Shown piece by piece: positions 9,341 through 18,045 of a stretch of 64,000 nucleotides of DNA (position 1 is its first letter; every line of letters starts with the position of its first letter). The notes beneath the pieces were generated by a model, which saw nothing but the letters and a program-made list of their open reading frames with translations, ran no database searches and was not told the DNA's origin. The translations under genes and the position numbers were made by a program. This DNA is from an uncultured Chitinophagales bacterium (GTDB lineage Bacteria; Bacteroidota; Ignavibacteria; UBA10030; UBA6906), in assembly GCA_964538485.1 (NCBI GenBank), contig CAZIHJ010000003.1:3097-67096 (forward strand), written 5' to 3'.

Positions 9341-10728
9341 GCGTCGCGCTTGCTCCGGTGGACCTGGTTATCATAGCCCTGTATTTTATCGCGGTCCTAG
9401 CCATAGGCTTCCTCACCAAAGGGAAATCGAACGATGCGGCCGGGTTTCTTCTCGCCGGACGCTCTCTTACTCTTCCCGTGTTTGTCATGACGCTCGTCTC
9501 CACGTGGTATGGTGGGATACTGGGCGTTGGCGAGTTTTCCTATCTCTATGGGATTTCCAACTGGGTGGTGCAGGGCATTCCGTACTACGTGTTTGCAATG
9601 TTCTTTGCCCTGTTTCTTGCCAAAAAAATCAGGGCCACGGATCTCACGACCATTCCCGATCAGCTTGAACAAAGCTATGATCGTCGAACGGCAATCGCGG
9701 GCGGCGCGCTGACATTTATTCTCACTACCCCGGCACCCTACATTCTGATGCTTGGCGTCTTGATGCAGCTTGTCACGGGATGGAGCTTGCTTCTGTGCAC
9801 CGTCATCGGAACGGTTGCGTCAACCGGCTATCTTCTGTTGGGAGGTTTCAGAGCCGACGTGAATACAGATGTGTTTGAGTTTATTGTGATGTTTCTCGGC
9901 TTCAGCATCATTCTGCCCTTTGCCTACCGGACGTTCGGCGGGTTTGAGTTCATTGCAGCCAATGTGCCCCCATTGCACCTCACCTGGAACGGTGGCAACT
10001 CGATGCAATTCGTGCTGGTCTGGTTTCTGATTGCCCTGTGGACGTTGGTTGACCCGGCATTCCATCAACGGTGTTATGCCGCACGGTCGGGTGAAGTCGC
10101 GCAGAAAGGTATTTTCATTTCCATATTGTTTTGGTTTCTGTTCGACGCGATGACAGCGACAGCGGGACTCTATGCGCGTGCGGTACTTCCGTCGCTCGAA
10201 CAGCCGGTGATGGCATTTCCACTCCTTGCCGAGATGGCCCTTCCGCCGGTTGCAAAGGGGTTGTTCTATATCGGCATGCTGGCAACCATTATGTCGACGC
10301 TCAACACGCTCACATTCGTCTCTGCAACGTCACTCGGCCGTGATATCGTCTGGCGTGTGCATGGAGCTCATGCGGGAGAATCCGAAGAACAGTATACGCG
10401 CTGGGCAATGCCAATAACTGCGTTGTTCTCGATCCTTCTTTGCGTGGCCGTTCCATCGGTGATTCGTCAATGGTACGTTATCGGAACGGTTGTGGTACCG
10501 GGGCTGCTCCTGCCGGTGCTGGCAAGCTATTTCGAACGATGGAAGATCGCTCCGCGCTATGCGTTTACGGCAATGCTGCTTGGGTGGTTCACATCCACGA
10601 GTTGGCTCTTGACCGGTTGGGCACAAGCCGGTGCAGGTGGGTATCCTTTTGGCATAGAGCCAATGTTCCCGGGCTTGTTGGTTTCGATGTTGGTGTGGTG
10701 GGGAGGGATGATGGTCAAGCGACGATAG
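9337..10728 (+). CDS. sodium:solute symporter (SSS) family permease, candidate thiamine/HMP transporter
   Basis: 463-aa polytopic membrane protein with SSS/PanF-like topology. A TTG start overlaps the TPK stop (TTGA). Confidence 0.75.
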   Translation: MSVALAPVDLVIIALYFIAVLAIGFLTKGKSNDAAGFLLAGRSLTLPVFVMTLVSTWYGGILGVGEFSYLYGISNWVVQGIPYYVFAMFFALFLAKKIRATDLTTIPDQLEQSYDRRTAIAGGALTFILTTPAPYILMLGVLMQLVTGWSLLLCTVIGTVASTGYLLLGGFRADVNTDVFEFIVMFLGFSIILPFAYRTFGGFEFIAANVPPLHLTWNGGNSMQFVLVWFLIALWTLVDPAFHQRCYAARSGEVAQKGIFISILFWFLFDAMTATAGLYARAVLPSLEQPVMAFPLLAEMALPPVAKGLFYIGMLATIMSTLNTLTFVSATSLGRDIVWRVHGAHAGESEEQYTRWAMPITALFSILLCVAVPSVIRQWYVIGTVVVPGLLLPVLASYFERWKIAPRYAFTAMLLGWFTSTSWLLTGWAQAGAGGYPFGIEPMFPGLLVSMLVWWGGMMVKRR

Positions 10729-11524
10729 CACTGCGCTGACGTTGAACTTCAAACAGGCACACAGCACTTGCGCTGGCAACGTTCAAAGAGTCCGTTTCGT
10801 TCAGCATCGGAATAGCGACGCGTTCATCGCTGAGTTGAAGAACCTCCGGTGCAATCCCGGTGTCTTCGTTTCCCAACACAATACAGATATCGTCCGTCAA
10901 GTGTGCCAGGTGAATTGCTGTGCTCTCGTGCGGTGACGTTGCAATTATCCGCAGGCGGTTCTTCATTGTTGAGAGCGTTGAGGCGAGATCCTGAACGTGT
11001 ACGACCGGAATCCTGAATACAGCGCCCATTGAATTCCGCACCGCGCGCCGAAGGTACGGACTGCACGATGTGCCACCCACGAGAATCGCCTGCACACCGA
11101 ACCCCCCGCAGTTCCGCACAATCACCCCGACATTTTCCGCATTGGCTAATCCATCCAACGCAACTATCAACAATGGCGAGTGAAGCGAAGAGAGCACTTC
11201 GCTGAGGGACTTCTCATCGGGGAGACTGCCCACGGCCATTATTCCTTGATGCAGCCGGAAGCCCACGATGGTATTGAGAAGTGATTCCTCGGCGACATAG
11301 ACATCGCAGGGTGGAGTCAGGCCGTTTGAAAAGAGTTCGTGATACCATGCGGGAGTGACAAGGATAGACACAACGGTGAGTTCCGATGCAAGCAGTCTGC
11401 GCACTACTTTCTCCCCTTCAGCAACAAAAATCCCCTGGACTTTGTGCTCTTGCTGGCGTCGTAGTGTGCGATACGGCTGTAACGCTGGAAGGTCAAACGA
11501 TGTTACGGGAACAACGCGGCTCAA
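10715..11524 (-). CDS. TrmH/SpoU-family RNA 2'-O-methyltransferase
   Basis: SpoU_methylase C-terminal domain (VVALDGLANAENVGVIVRNCGGFGV) with an N-terminal substrate-binding domain. Confidence 0.75.
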   Translation of the reverse strand: MSRVVPVTSFDLPALQPYRTLRRQQEHKVQGIFVAEGEKVVRRLLASELTVVSILVTPAWYHELFSNGLTPPCDVYVAEESLLNTIVGFRLHQGIMAVGSLPDEKSLSEVLSSLHSPLLIVALDGLANAENVGVIVRNCGGFGVQAILVGGTSCSPYLRRAVRNSMGAVFRIPVVHVQDLASTLSTMKNRLRIIATSPHESTAIHLAHLTDDICIVLGNEDTGIAPEVLQLSDERVAIPMLNETDSLNVASASAVCLFEVQRQRSAIVA

Positions 11525-12888
11525 TTCAGTTTGATCTGGTATTGTTGAATTTTGGTGTAGAGGGTTTTGAGACTGATACCGAGAATCTTGGCTGATTCCG
11601 TTTTGTTGCCACGAAAACTCCGCAACACCCCCTCAATATGCATCCGTTCGATCTCCTTGATGGGGAGAGCTGTGCCGATAATATTGTCTGCCTGTGAACC
11701 GCTTTGAAGCATCATAGGTGCATTCGGCAGGGAGAGATCACGGGTTTCAATGGTGTTGTCGTTGCAGAGAATTGCAGCACGCTCAATGACGTTTTCCAAC
11801 TCGCGCACGTTTCCCGGCCAATCATACTCCATCAAAACTTCCATTGCCTTTGCCGAAATGCTCTTCTTCACTTTGGTCTTCATTCGGGATTCGAGAAAGG
11901 ACTTCACAAGCAGTGGAATATCATCCTTTCGTTGCCGGAGTGGGGGAAGCTCGATGGTGATAACGTTGACTCTGTAGAGGAGGTCTTCCCTGAATCTTCC
12001 TTCCTTGACTTCCTCCTGCAAATTCTTGTTGGTAGCGGAGAGAATCCGGCAGTCTGCTTTGAGAACGGTATTCCCGCCGACCCTGCGGAACTCACCGCTC
12101 TGGATAAACCGGAGTATCTTTGGCTGGACGATGTGACTGATGTCCCCGATCTCGTCGAGGAAGAGTGTGCCCTTGTCGGCAATCTCAACGATGCCCTGCT
12201 TCATAGCGCGTGCGTCGGTGAAAGCCCCTTTTTCGTAGCCAAAGAGCTCGCTCTCGATTAACGTATCCGGGATGGACGCGCAGTTGAGGGTGACAAACGG
12301 TTCCGATTTCCGGTCGCTGTGTTGGTAGATAAAGTTGGCAATGAGCTCTTTGCCGGTTCCACTGGGGCCCTGTATCAACACTGTCGATTCAGTCGGTGCA
12401 ACTTTTGCAGCGAGATCCAGAACACGCCGCAATGCGTCGCTTTCTCCGACAATCTGATTTGGCCCCTGAAGCCGGTTCAATTCCGTTTTCATCACAATGT
12501 TTTCAATCATCAACTGCCGGTGCTCGATTGCGCGTGAGATTGTCGTCAGGAGATCATCTGCAGTTGTTGGTTTGGAGATATAATCATACGCGCCGAGTTT
12601 CATGCACTCGACCGCAATTTTGATGTCCGAGGTACCTGTGAGCATGACGACTGCAATACCGGGGAAGTTGGTCTTGATGAATTTCAGCGTTTCCAATCCA
12701 TCGACCTTCGGCATCTTTATATCCATCAGAACAATGTGGAAGGGCTTGGTCTGTACAGCGTTGATTGCCGCCACACCATCAATTGCTGTGTCTATGGTGT
12801 ATCCGGCACCTGAAAGAAGGGAGGAAAGCATATAACGGAACGCTTCTTCGTCGTCTACGATCAGTATGGAGACTTCTTTCTTTGTCAT
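11521..12888 (-). CDS. sigma-54-dependent response regulator (NtrC family)
   Basis: Receiver domain (DDEE...D), an AAA+ sigma-54 interaction domain (GPSGTGKE, GAFTDA, ESELFGYEKGAFTDA) and a C-terminal Fis-type HTH. Confidence 0.85.
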   Translation of the reverse strand: MTKKEVSILIVDDEEAFRYMLSSLLSGAGYTIDTAIDGVAAINAVQTKPFHIVLMDIKMPKVDGLETLKFIKTNFPGIAVVMLTGTSDIKIAVECMKLGAYDYISKPTTADDLLTTISRAIEHRQLMIENIVMKTELNRLQGPNQIVGESDALRRVLDLAAKVAPTESTVLIQGPSGTGKELIANFIYQHSDRKSEPFVTLNCASIPDTLIESELFGYEKGAFTDARAMKQGIVEIADKGTLFLDEIGDISHIVQPKILRFIQSGEFRRVGGNTVLKADCRILSATNKNLQEEVKEGRFREDLLYRVNVITIELPPLRQRKDDIPLLVKSFLESRMKTKVKKSISAKAMEVLMEYDWPGNVRELENVIERAAILCNDNTIETRDLSLPNAPMMLQSGSQADNIIGTALPIKEIERMHIEGVLRSFRGNKTESAKILGISLKTLYTKIQQYQIKLN

Positions 12889-13052
12889 TGGTGGGGCCAG
12901 GTTGTGGAAGGAATGTGATTAGAATAGAGAAAAGCCCGCCGAAAGTCAACTCGAAATCTCGCGAACCTATTGAATTTATTGACTCTTTGGAGTGTTGTTC
13001 TTACCTTGACCTCAACGCCGTTATCTTGTACATCCATCCAGAGTGCCTCACC

Positions 13053-14141
13053 ATGCGACTATCCGAACGATTCATTCAGACAATCCCCAAAGTACTTCTC
13101 CATGATCACCTTGATGGCGGGGTACGACCCCAGACGGTCATCGACCTGGCAAAAGATATCGGTTACGACCAACTTCCGACGTCGGATGCGGGCGAACTTG
13201 AAGAATGGTTCCATCGGGGGGCAAAGCGCGGCAGTTTGCCTCTCTACCTTGAGGGTTTTGCTCACACATGCGGGGTGATGCAAACCGAAGAAGCCTTGGA
13301 GCGCGTGGCGTATGAGATGATGGAAGATATGTACAACGACGGCGTTGTCTACGTTGAAACCCGTTTCTCTCCGATCTTCCATACTGATCGGGGCTTGCAC
13401 TGGGATGATGTCGTGAATGCTGTGCTGAAAGGATTGGAACGCGGGTATCGCGATTTTGGTGTGGAATTCGGTCTGATCATTTGCGCGATGCGCAACCTGA
13501 CGCTCTCCCAGGAAATGGCGGAGCTGGCGGTGGATTATCGTGAACGTGGAGTCGTCGGATTCGATCTTGCCGGCGAAGAGGGGGGATTCCCGCCGAAGAA
13601 GCATGTTGACGCGTTTCATTACATTCAGCGCGAGAATTTCAATATCACCATTCATGCGGGTGAGGCATTCGGCAAGGAGAGCATCTGGCAAGCCATTCAA
13701 TGGTGCGGGGCACACAGAATCGGACACGCCACACGGCTGATTGAAGATGTTGGTTTGGACAAGCGCGAAACCCACAAGATTATCAAAATGGGATATCTTG
13801 CGCAGTACGTCCTCGATAAGCGAATCCCGCTTGAGATCTGTCTCACCAGTAACGTGGATACCGGCGCAGTAAAGAGTCTGGAGGAACATCCGTTCGGCAT
13901 TTTTCACAAGTATAAATTCCGTGTTACACTGAATACTGACGACAGGTTGATGAGCGATACGACGATGACGAAGGAGTTCAAGATCGCTCATCAGGTCTTC
14001 AAACTCTCGTTGGACGATCTGGAGAAAATTACCATCAACTCCATGAAGAGTGCCTTCATTCCCTACAACAAGCGTATCCGGTTGATCTATGATGTGATAA
14101 AGCCTGGATACCAGAAGGCACGTCAGCGACTAAAGAAGTAA
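13053..14141 (+). CDS. add: adenosine deaminase
   Basis: MRLSERF...PKVLLHDHLDGG, SLTSNVDT and HAGE motifs. The ATG at 13053 is the likely start; the track ORF from 12765 extends into the divergent gene. Confidence 0.85.
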   Translation: MRLSERFIQTIPKVLLHDHLDGGVRPQTVIDLAKDIGYDQLPTSDAGELEEWFHRGAKRGSLPLYLEGFAHTCGVMQTEEALERVAYEMMEDMYNDGVVYVETRFSPIFHTDRGLHWDDVVNAVLKGLERGYRDFGVEFGLIICAMRNLTLSQEMAELAVDYRERGVVGFDLAGEEGGFPPKKHVDAFHYIQRENFNITIHAGEAFGKESIWQAIQWCGAHRIGHATRLIEDVGLDKRETHKIIKMGYLAQYVLDKRIPLEICLTSNVDTGAVKSLEEHPFGIFHKYKFRVTLNTDDRLMSDTTMTKEFKIAHQVFKLSLDDLEKITINSMKSAFIPYNKRIRLIYDVIKPGYQKARQRLKK

Positions 14142-14148
14142 CCCCGCC

Positions 14149-14658
14149 ATGAAGCGCATCCCTACGGTATGGGCGCTCCTCGCAACCGGTACCATGGTGC
14201 TGGCCGGTTGTGCAACAACGGTTCCCTACCGGGCGCTCAACGACGACTGCAATTGTGAGTCCTACACTGCCCGGGATCCGGACGGGAAGATGACCTCCAC
14301 AGTATCCGCTTCATATCGAATTGATGACGGTATCACAACCTATATTACGATTCTGATGAAGAATACGGGGAGTGACACATTGGATCTTTCTCTTGCATAC
14401 GTGAAAATTTCCTCCCGCAATATTCCCTACCATTCCAATAATAAGTCGATCCCCCTTGATATTCTCTTCGTGTTGCCCGGGAATGAAGAAACGTTGCGAT
14501 TGGAAGGGCACGTTGATCAGGGAAAAATCGGAGACCCGTGGCTGAAGATTGCGGGAGAAGAACTTGAGATTACGCTCAAAGGAATGCGGGTGGGTCATCG
14601 TGAACTGGCACCACAGGTGGTGCGATTCATTCCTCATAATCCAAACATCGGAATGTGA
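14149..14658 (+). CDS. lipoprotein of unknown function
   Basis: Signal peptide plus lipobox (LAGC). No recognisable domain. Confidence 0.45.
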   Translation: MKRIPTVWALLATGTMVLAGCATTVPYRALNDDCNCESYTARDPDGKMTSTVSASYRIDDGITTYITILMKNTGSDTLDLSLAYVKISSRNIPYHSNNKSIPLDILFVLPGNEETLRLEGHVDQGKIGDPWLKIAGEELEITLKGMRVGHRELAPQVVRFIPHNPNIGM

Positions 14659-14667
14659 CGAGAAACT

Positions 14668-15189
14668 ATGAACCTGTATCTTGCGCGACATGCTGAAGCG
14701 GTACCTGTTGGTGGGCGCATTCTGAAGGACGCCGACCGCACTCTCAGTCCGGTGGGCGAAGCTCACGCCGAACAGATGGGCAAGGTCCTCGCGAAAATTG
14801 ATCCGGGTATTCATGTTGTTGCGACAAGTCCGTTGGTACGTGCTGTACACACGGGGGAGATCATCGGTCATCAAGTGAGCGACCGCCCGGTGTTTCACGT
14901 GACGGAGCATCTCGCGCCCGGTTTTCGTGAAATGAGATTACTCGAAACCCTCTATGCGTTGAGTGGTGGTGGAAGCATCGTTGCAGTGGGACATCAACCG
15001 GACGTGAGTGCATTTGTTTCATACTTGATTGCAGGCGCGATGTCCGCAGCAGTGGCATTTCCTCCCGGGGCAGTCGCATGTCTGAGTATACAGCAGGTCT
15101 CCTCGCGCCCGGAAGCACATTTGTGCTGGCTTCTTACACCTGATGTTGTCAAGAGTCTCCAGCCCGAACGGACACAGAGATCATCATGA
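14668..15189 (+). CDS. sixA: phosphohistidine phosphatase SixA-like (histidine phosphatase superfamily)
   Basis: LYLARHAEA...RH motif near the N-terminus; about 170 aa. Confidence 0.65.
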   Translation: MNLYLARHAEAVPVGGRILKDADRTLSPVGEAHAEQMGKVLAKIDPGIHVVATSPLVRAVHTGEIIGHQVSDRPVFHVTEHLAPGFREMRLLETLYALSGGGSIVAVGHQPDVSAFVSYLIAGAMSAAVAFPPGAVACLSIQQVSSRPEAHLCWLLTPDVVKSLQPERTQRSS

Positions 15190-15824
15190 ATCGAATTATT
15201 TCTCTCAAGGTTTCATTCACTTTCATGTTCCTGCTCATCAGCTTCATTCTTATTCCGGGTTGCGGGAAGCACGGCGGCACGCCCGTGGTCCGTGTCGATA
15301 CGCTCTCAACCGAGCAGGATCAGTTGCTCATGATCAATTTTCTTCCCCTCGATCTTTCTTATGGCGGGGTGAAAGAACGATTCCCGTCGCTTGGTGAAGT
15401 GAAGGCGGGTGCGGTTCCGGGTGGCACGTTGACCGGGACAGCGACGGGAAAAATGAAGACGCCGGGCGGTTATGAATCAATCGCGGAGCTGGAATTTGAA
15501 CACAACGCCCTCACACGTTATTCTTTTATTGTCATCGCCGAAAGTGTGGTGACGGCAATGATGTATCAACGGCTGCAATCATTCTATACCATGCGATACG
15601 GCAACTATCATCAGGAGCTGCGCGAGGAGGGGGCGCAACGATGGGGAAGAAGCTATTGGACCTCGGATATTTTTGCTGTTGTGGTTACACTACAGGACTC
15701 CGCGGGCACCCATTCGCTTCGGTGGGGATTTGAAAAATTACGCGAGAGTAACCCGGAGCAGCCTGAAGCTCATGCTATTCGATCAACTCAGTCACCCTTT
15801 GCCACTACAGCGGAGTATCCATGA
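15186..15824 (+). CDS. lipoprotein of unknown function
   Basis: Signal peptide plus lipobox (IPGCG). Overlaps the sixA stop and the next start. Confidence 0.45.
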   Translation: MNRIISLKVSFTFMFLLISFILIPGCGKHGGTPVVRVDTLSTEQDQLLMINFLPLDLSYGGVKERFPSLGEVKAGAVPGGTLTGTATGKMKTPGGYESIAELEFEHNALTRYSFIVIAESVVTAMMYQRLQSFYTMRYGNYHQELREEGAQRWGRSYWTSDIFAVVVTLQDSAGTHSLRWGFEKLRESNPEQPEAHAIRSTQSPFATTAEYP

Positions 15825-17101
15825 CCTCCCTCGCTACACGACGAACATTTCTTCGCACCTTTGCCGGTGGCGCATTCGGCGGAGCGGTGCTATACGCATT
15901 TCCCGCAGATGCGCGCGCAAAATACATCCTTAGCCAGGACCAGCACGTGCCGGAAGATGATGAACATTTTTGGCGCATCGTGCGCGATCAGTTTCCGCTG
16001 AAGCGGGAGCCGGTGTTTCTCAACAATGGTACAATGGGTCCGTCGCCGTACGTGGTGATTGACGCCGTGAAGACGGAAATGGAAGAAGTAGACCGCACGG
16101 CGCGTTATGGTGGATGGGAAGATGTGCGGGTGAAGATCGCACGGTTCATCAATGCAAGCGTGGAAGAGATTTCACTCACCCACAACGTTACCGAGGGAAT
16201 CAATGTTGTTGCGTGCGGATTGCCATTAAAGCGCGGTGATGAAGTAATCCTGACGAACCACGAACATGGCGGTAATGCAATCCCGTGGCTTGCCCGTGCG
16301 CGCCGGGATGGCATCGTGGTCAAACCCGTCATGCTCGCATCCACTGCAGATGAAATCCTCAACCGTATCAATGATCTCATCACTCCTCGTACAAAAGCCA
16401 TTGCCGTCCCGCATATCACGTGTACCATCGGACAGGTGCTTCCTGCAAAGGCGATATGCCAGCTCGGACATGAGAAGGGATTGCGCGTGATGCTCGATGC
16501 TGCACATACGCCCGGTATGTTGCCGTTGGACGTGAAGGAACTCGGCTGTGATTTTCTTGCAACCTGCGGCCATAAATGGATGTTGGGACCGAAGGGGACG
16601 GGGTTTCTTTACGTGAGAAAGGAAGTTCAGGACGAAGTGGAGCCATACTGGACGGGTGCGCTTTCAGATACGGGATGGGATTTGCAGAAGGGAACACTGG
16701 AGTTTCGCAAGGATGCGCACAAGTACGATTTCGCCACACAAAATTCGGCACTGTACGTTGGACTGGGCGCGGCAATCGACTTCCTGCACCATCTCGGAAT
16801 GGAGAATGTCACGCGACGCGGCCAGGCGCTTGCATCAGCACTTCGGTCAGAGTTGCAGTCGATGGGCGATAAAGTGGAAATACTGACTCCCGATGAGGCC
16901 GGTGGGTACGGTTCCGTGTTGGGATTCAGATTAAAGAATATTGCGTATGATGTTCTGCAGAAGACATTATTGGAGAAACATAAAATTATCACACGGATGG
17001 TGCCGGAGAACGGCCTGAATTGCAACCGGATTTCCACCCACATCTATAACAGTCGGGAGGAAGTGCAGAAGTTAGTTGAGGCGCTGAAATCGTTGGCCTA
17101 A
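15821..17101 (+). CDS. TAT-signal class-V-fold PLP-dependent enzyme (cysteine desulfurase / isopenicillin-N-epimerase-like)
   Basis: Twin-arginine motif TRRTFLRTFAGGA...ADARA. PLP-lysine motif ATCGHKWMLGPKGTGFLYV and a class V aminotransferase fold. Confidence 0.7.
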   Translation: MTSLATRRTFLRTFAGGAFGGAVLYAFPADARAKYILSQDQHVPEDDEHFWRIVRDQFPLKREPVFLNNGTMGPSPYVVIDAVKTEMEEVDRTARYGGWEDVRVKIARFINASVEEISLTHNVTEGINVVACGLPLKRGDEVILTNHEHGGNAIPWLARARRDGIVVKPVMLASTADEILNRINDLITPRTKAIAVPHITCTIGQVLPAKAICQLGHEKGLRVMLDAAHTPGMLPLDVKELGCDFLATCGHKWMLGPKGTGFLYVRKEVQDEVEPYWTGALSDTGWDLQKGTLEFRKDAHKYDFATQNSALYVGLGAAIDFLHHLGMENVTRRGQALASALRSELQSMGDKVEILTPDEAGGYGSVLGFRLKNIAYDVLQKTLLEKHKIITRMVPENGLNCNRISTHIYNSREEVQKLVEALKSLA

Positions 17102-17129
17102 CTGTCGTGATACTCACATGGAGGAACAC

Positions 17130-17465
17130 ATGAATCGATCATCGTTGTTGAAAACAGTTGCCACCATTCTCTTCTGCGGTCTGCTGGCCGGGCCGGCAGC
17201 ATTCGCGCAAAAATCTCAGAAGACGGAGAAACCAAAAACGACACAATCGGCTGGGACATTCAAGGAGATGCTTTCGAAGCACGTCGGCAAGCAAACCAAC
17301 CTGGGTAAACTGATAAAAGTGGGTCCGGACTATGTTGCGGTTGAATCCGAAGAGGTGCAGACGATGATTCAACTGCAGGCAATCCAGTCATTCAGGGTTG
17401 TGGTCATTAAAGATGAAGAAACCTCCGAAGAGCGTTTGGAGATTACACTGCTCGCCGGAGACTGA
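17130..17465 (+). CDS. small secreted protein of unknown function
   Basis: Signal peptide (LLAGPAAFAQ) with GGAGG 5 nt upstream of the ATG at 17130. No recognisable domain. Confidence 0.4.
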   Translation: MNRSSLLKTVATILFCGLLAGPAAFAQKSQKTEKPKTTQSAGTFKEMLSKHVGKQTNLGKLIKVGPDYVAVESEEVQTMIQLQAIQSFRVVVIKDEETSEERLEITLLAGD

Positions 17466-17467
17466 TC

Positions 17468-17947
17468 ATGAAACGAATTGCAGTGATGTTGATGCTGTCC
17501 CTGCTCTTTGGATGCACGGATGAGGAGGAAATACGATCGATTGTTCAAGAGGAAATGTCCCGGTACGAGGGTAAACAGATTGTGAAACCAGTTGATGTGA
17601 TCGGGCCGTACAGTCCCGCGGTGCGGGTTGGCCCGTTCCTCTTCGTCTCCGGACAGATTGCCCTCGACCAGGCAACCGGCGTACTGCGCAACGAGAGTAT
17701 CGAAGCGGAAACGCGGCAGGTTTTGGACAACCTCATGCACATTCTACGCGCTGCCGGTTATGATTCGTCTCACGTTATCAACGCAACGGTTTATCTCAAG
17801 AACATGAATGACTACCCGAAGATGAACCTGATCTATGGCGGCTATTTTCCCGAAGAGAGTTATCCTGCCCGCACAGCCGTTGCCGTGAGTGAGTTGCCAC
17901 GACAGGCGAATGTGGAAATTGCCGTTGTAGCGTGGAAGGCGGAGTGA
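17468..17947 (+). CDS. RidA/YjgF-family reactive-intermediate deaminase with lipoprotein signal
   Basis: Lipobox LLFGC, then a full RidA fold (GPYSPAVRVGPFLFVSGQ...PARTAVAVSELP). Confidence 0.75.
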   Translation: MKRIAVMLMLSLLFGCTDEEEIRSIVQEEMSRYEGKQIVKPVDVIGPYSPAVRVGPFLFVSGQIALDQATGVLRNESIEAETRQVLDNLMHILRAAGYDSSHVINATVYLKNMNDYPKMNLIYGGYFPEESYPARTAVAVSELPRQANVEIAVVAWKAE

Positions 17948-18045
17948 GAGGGTTTGACTAAAGCCCTCAGCGTTTTTCTGGCTTTCGGCAATCCACGAGC
18001 TAAAGCTCGTGGCGAGTCAATAGAGAATTCAATGGAGTAGTACTC

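Noticed and set aside
12765-13052. 288-nt N-terminal extension of the adenosine deaminase ORF
   Set aside because: It overlaps the divergent sigma-54 regulator gene. The add homology begins at MRLSERF (ATG 13053), preceded by a plausible intergenic promoter region.
13059-13991. 310-aa minus-strand ORF inside the adenosine deaminase gene
   Set aside because: Antisense to a gene with clear adenosine deaminase motifs and no domain signal of its own. Same reasoning applies to 20275-21258, 23237-24037, 11704-12261, 35942-36592, 45849-46367, 46042-46620 and 48056-48661.
17948-18045. Palindromes CCACGAGCTAAAGCTCGTGG and GAGGG...CCCTC between RidA and hutU
   Set aside because: These are short stems with no convincing U-tract. 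They share only CCACGA with the GxxExxY flanking repeat, which is too weak to call a related element. At most they form a weak terminator.
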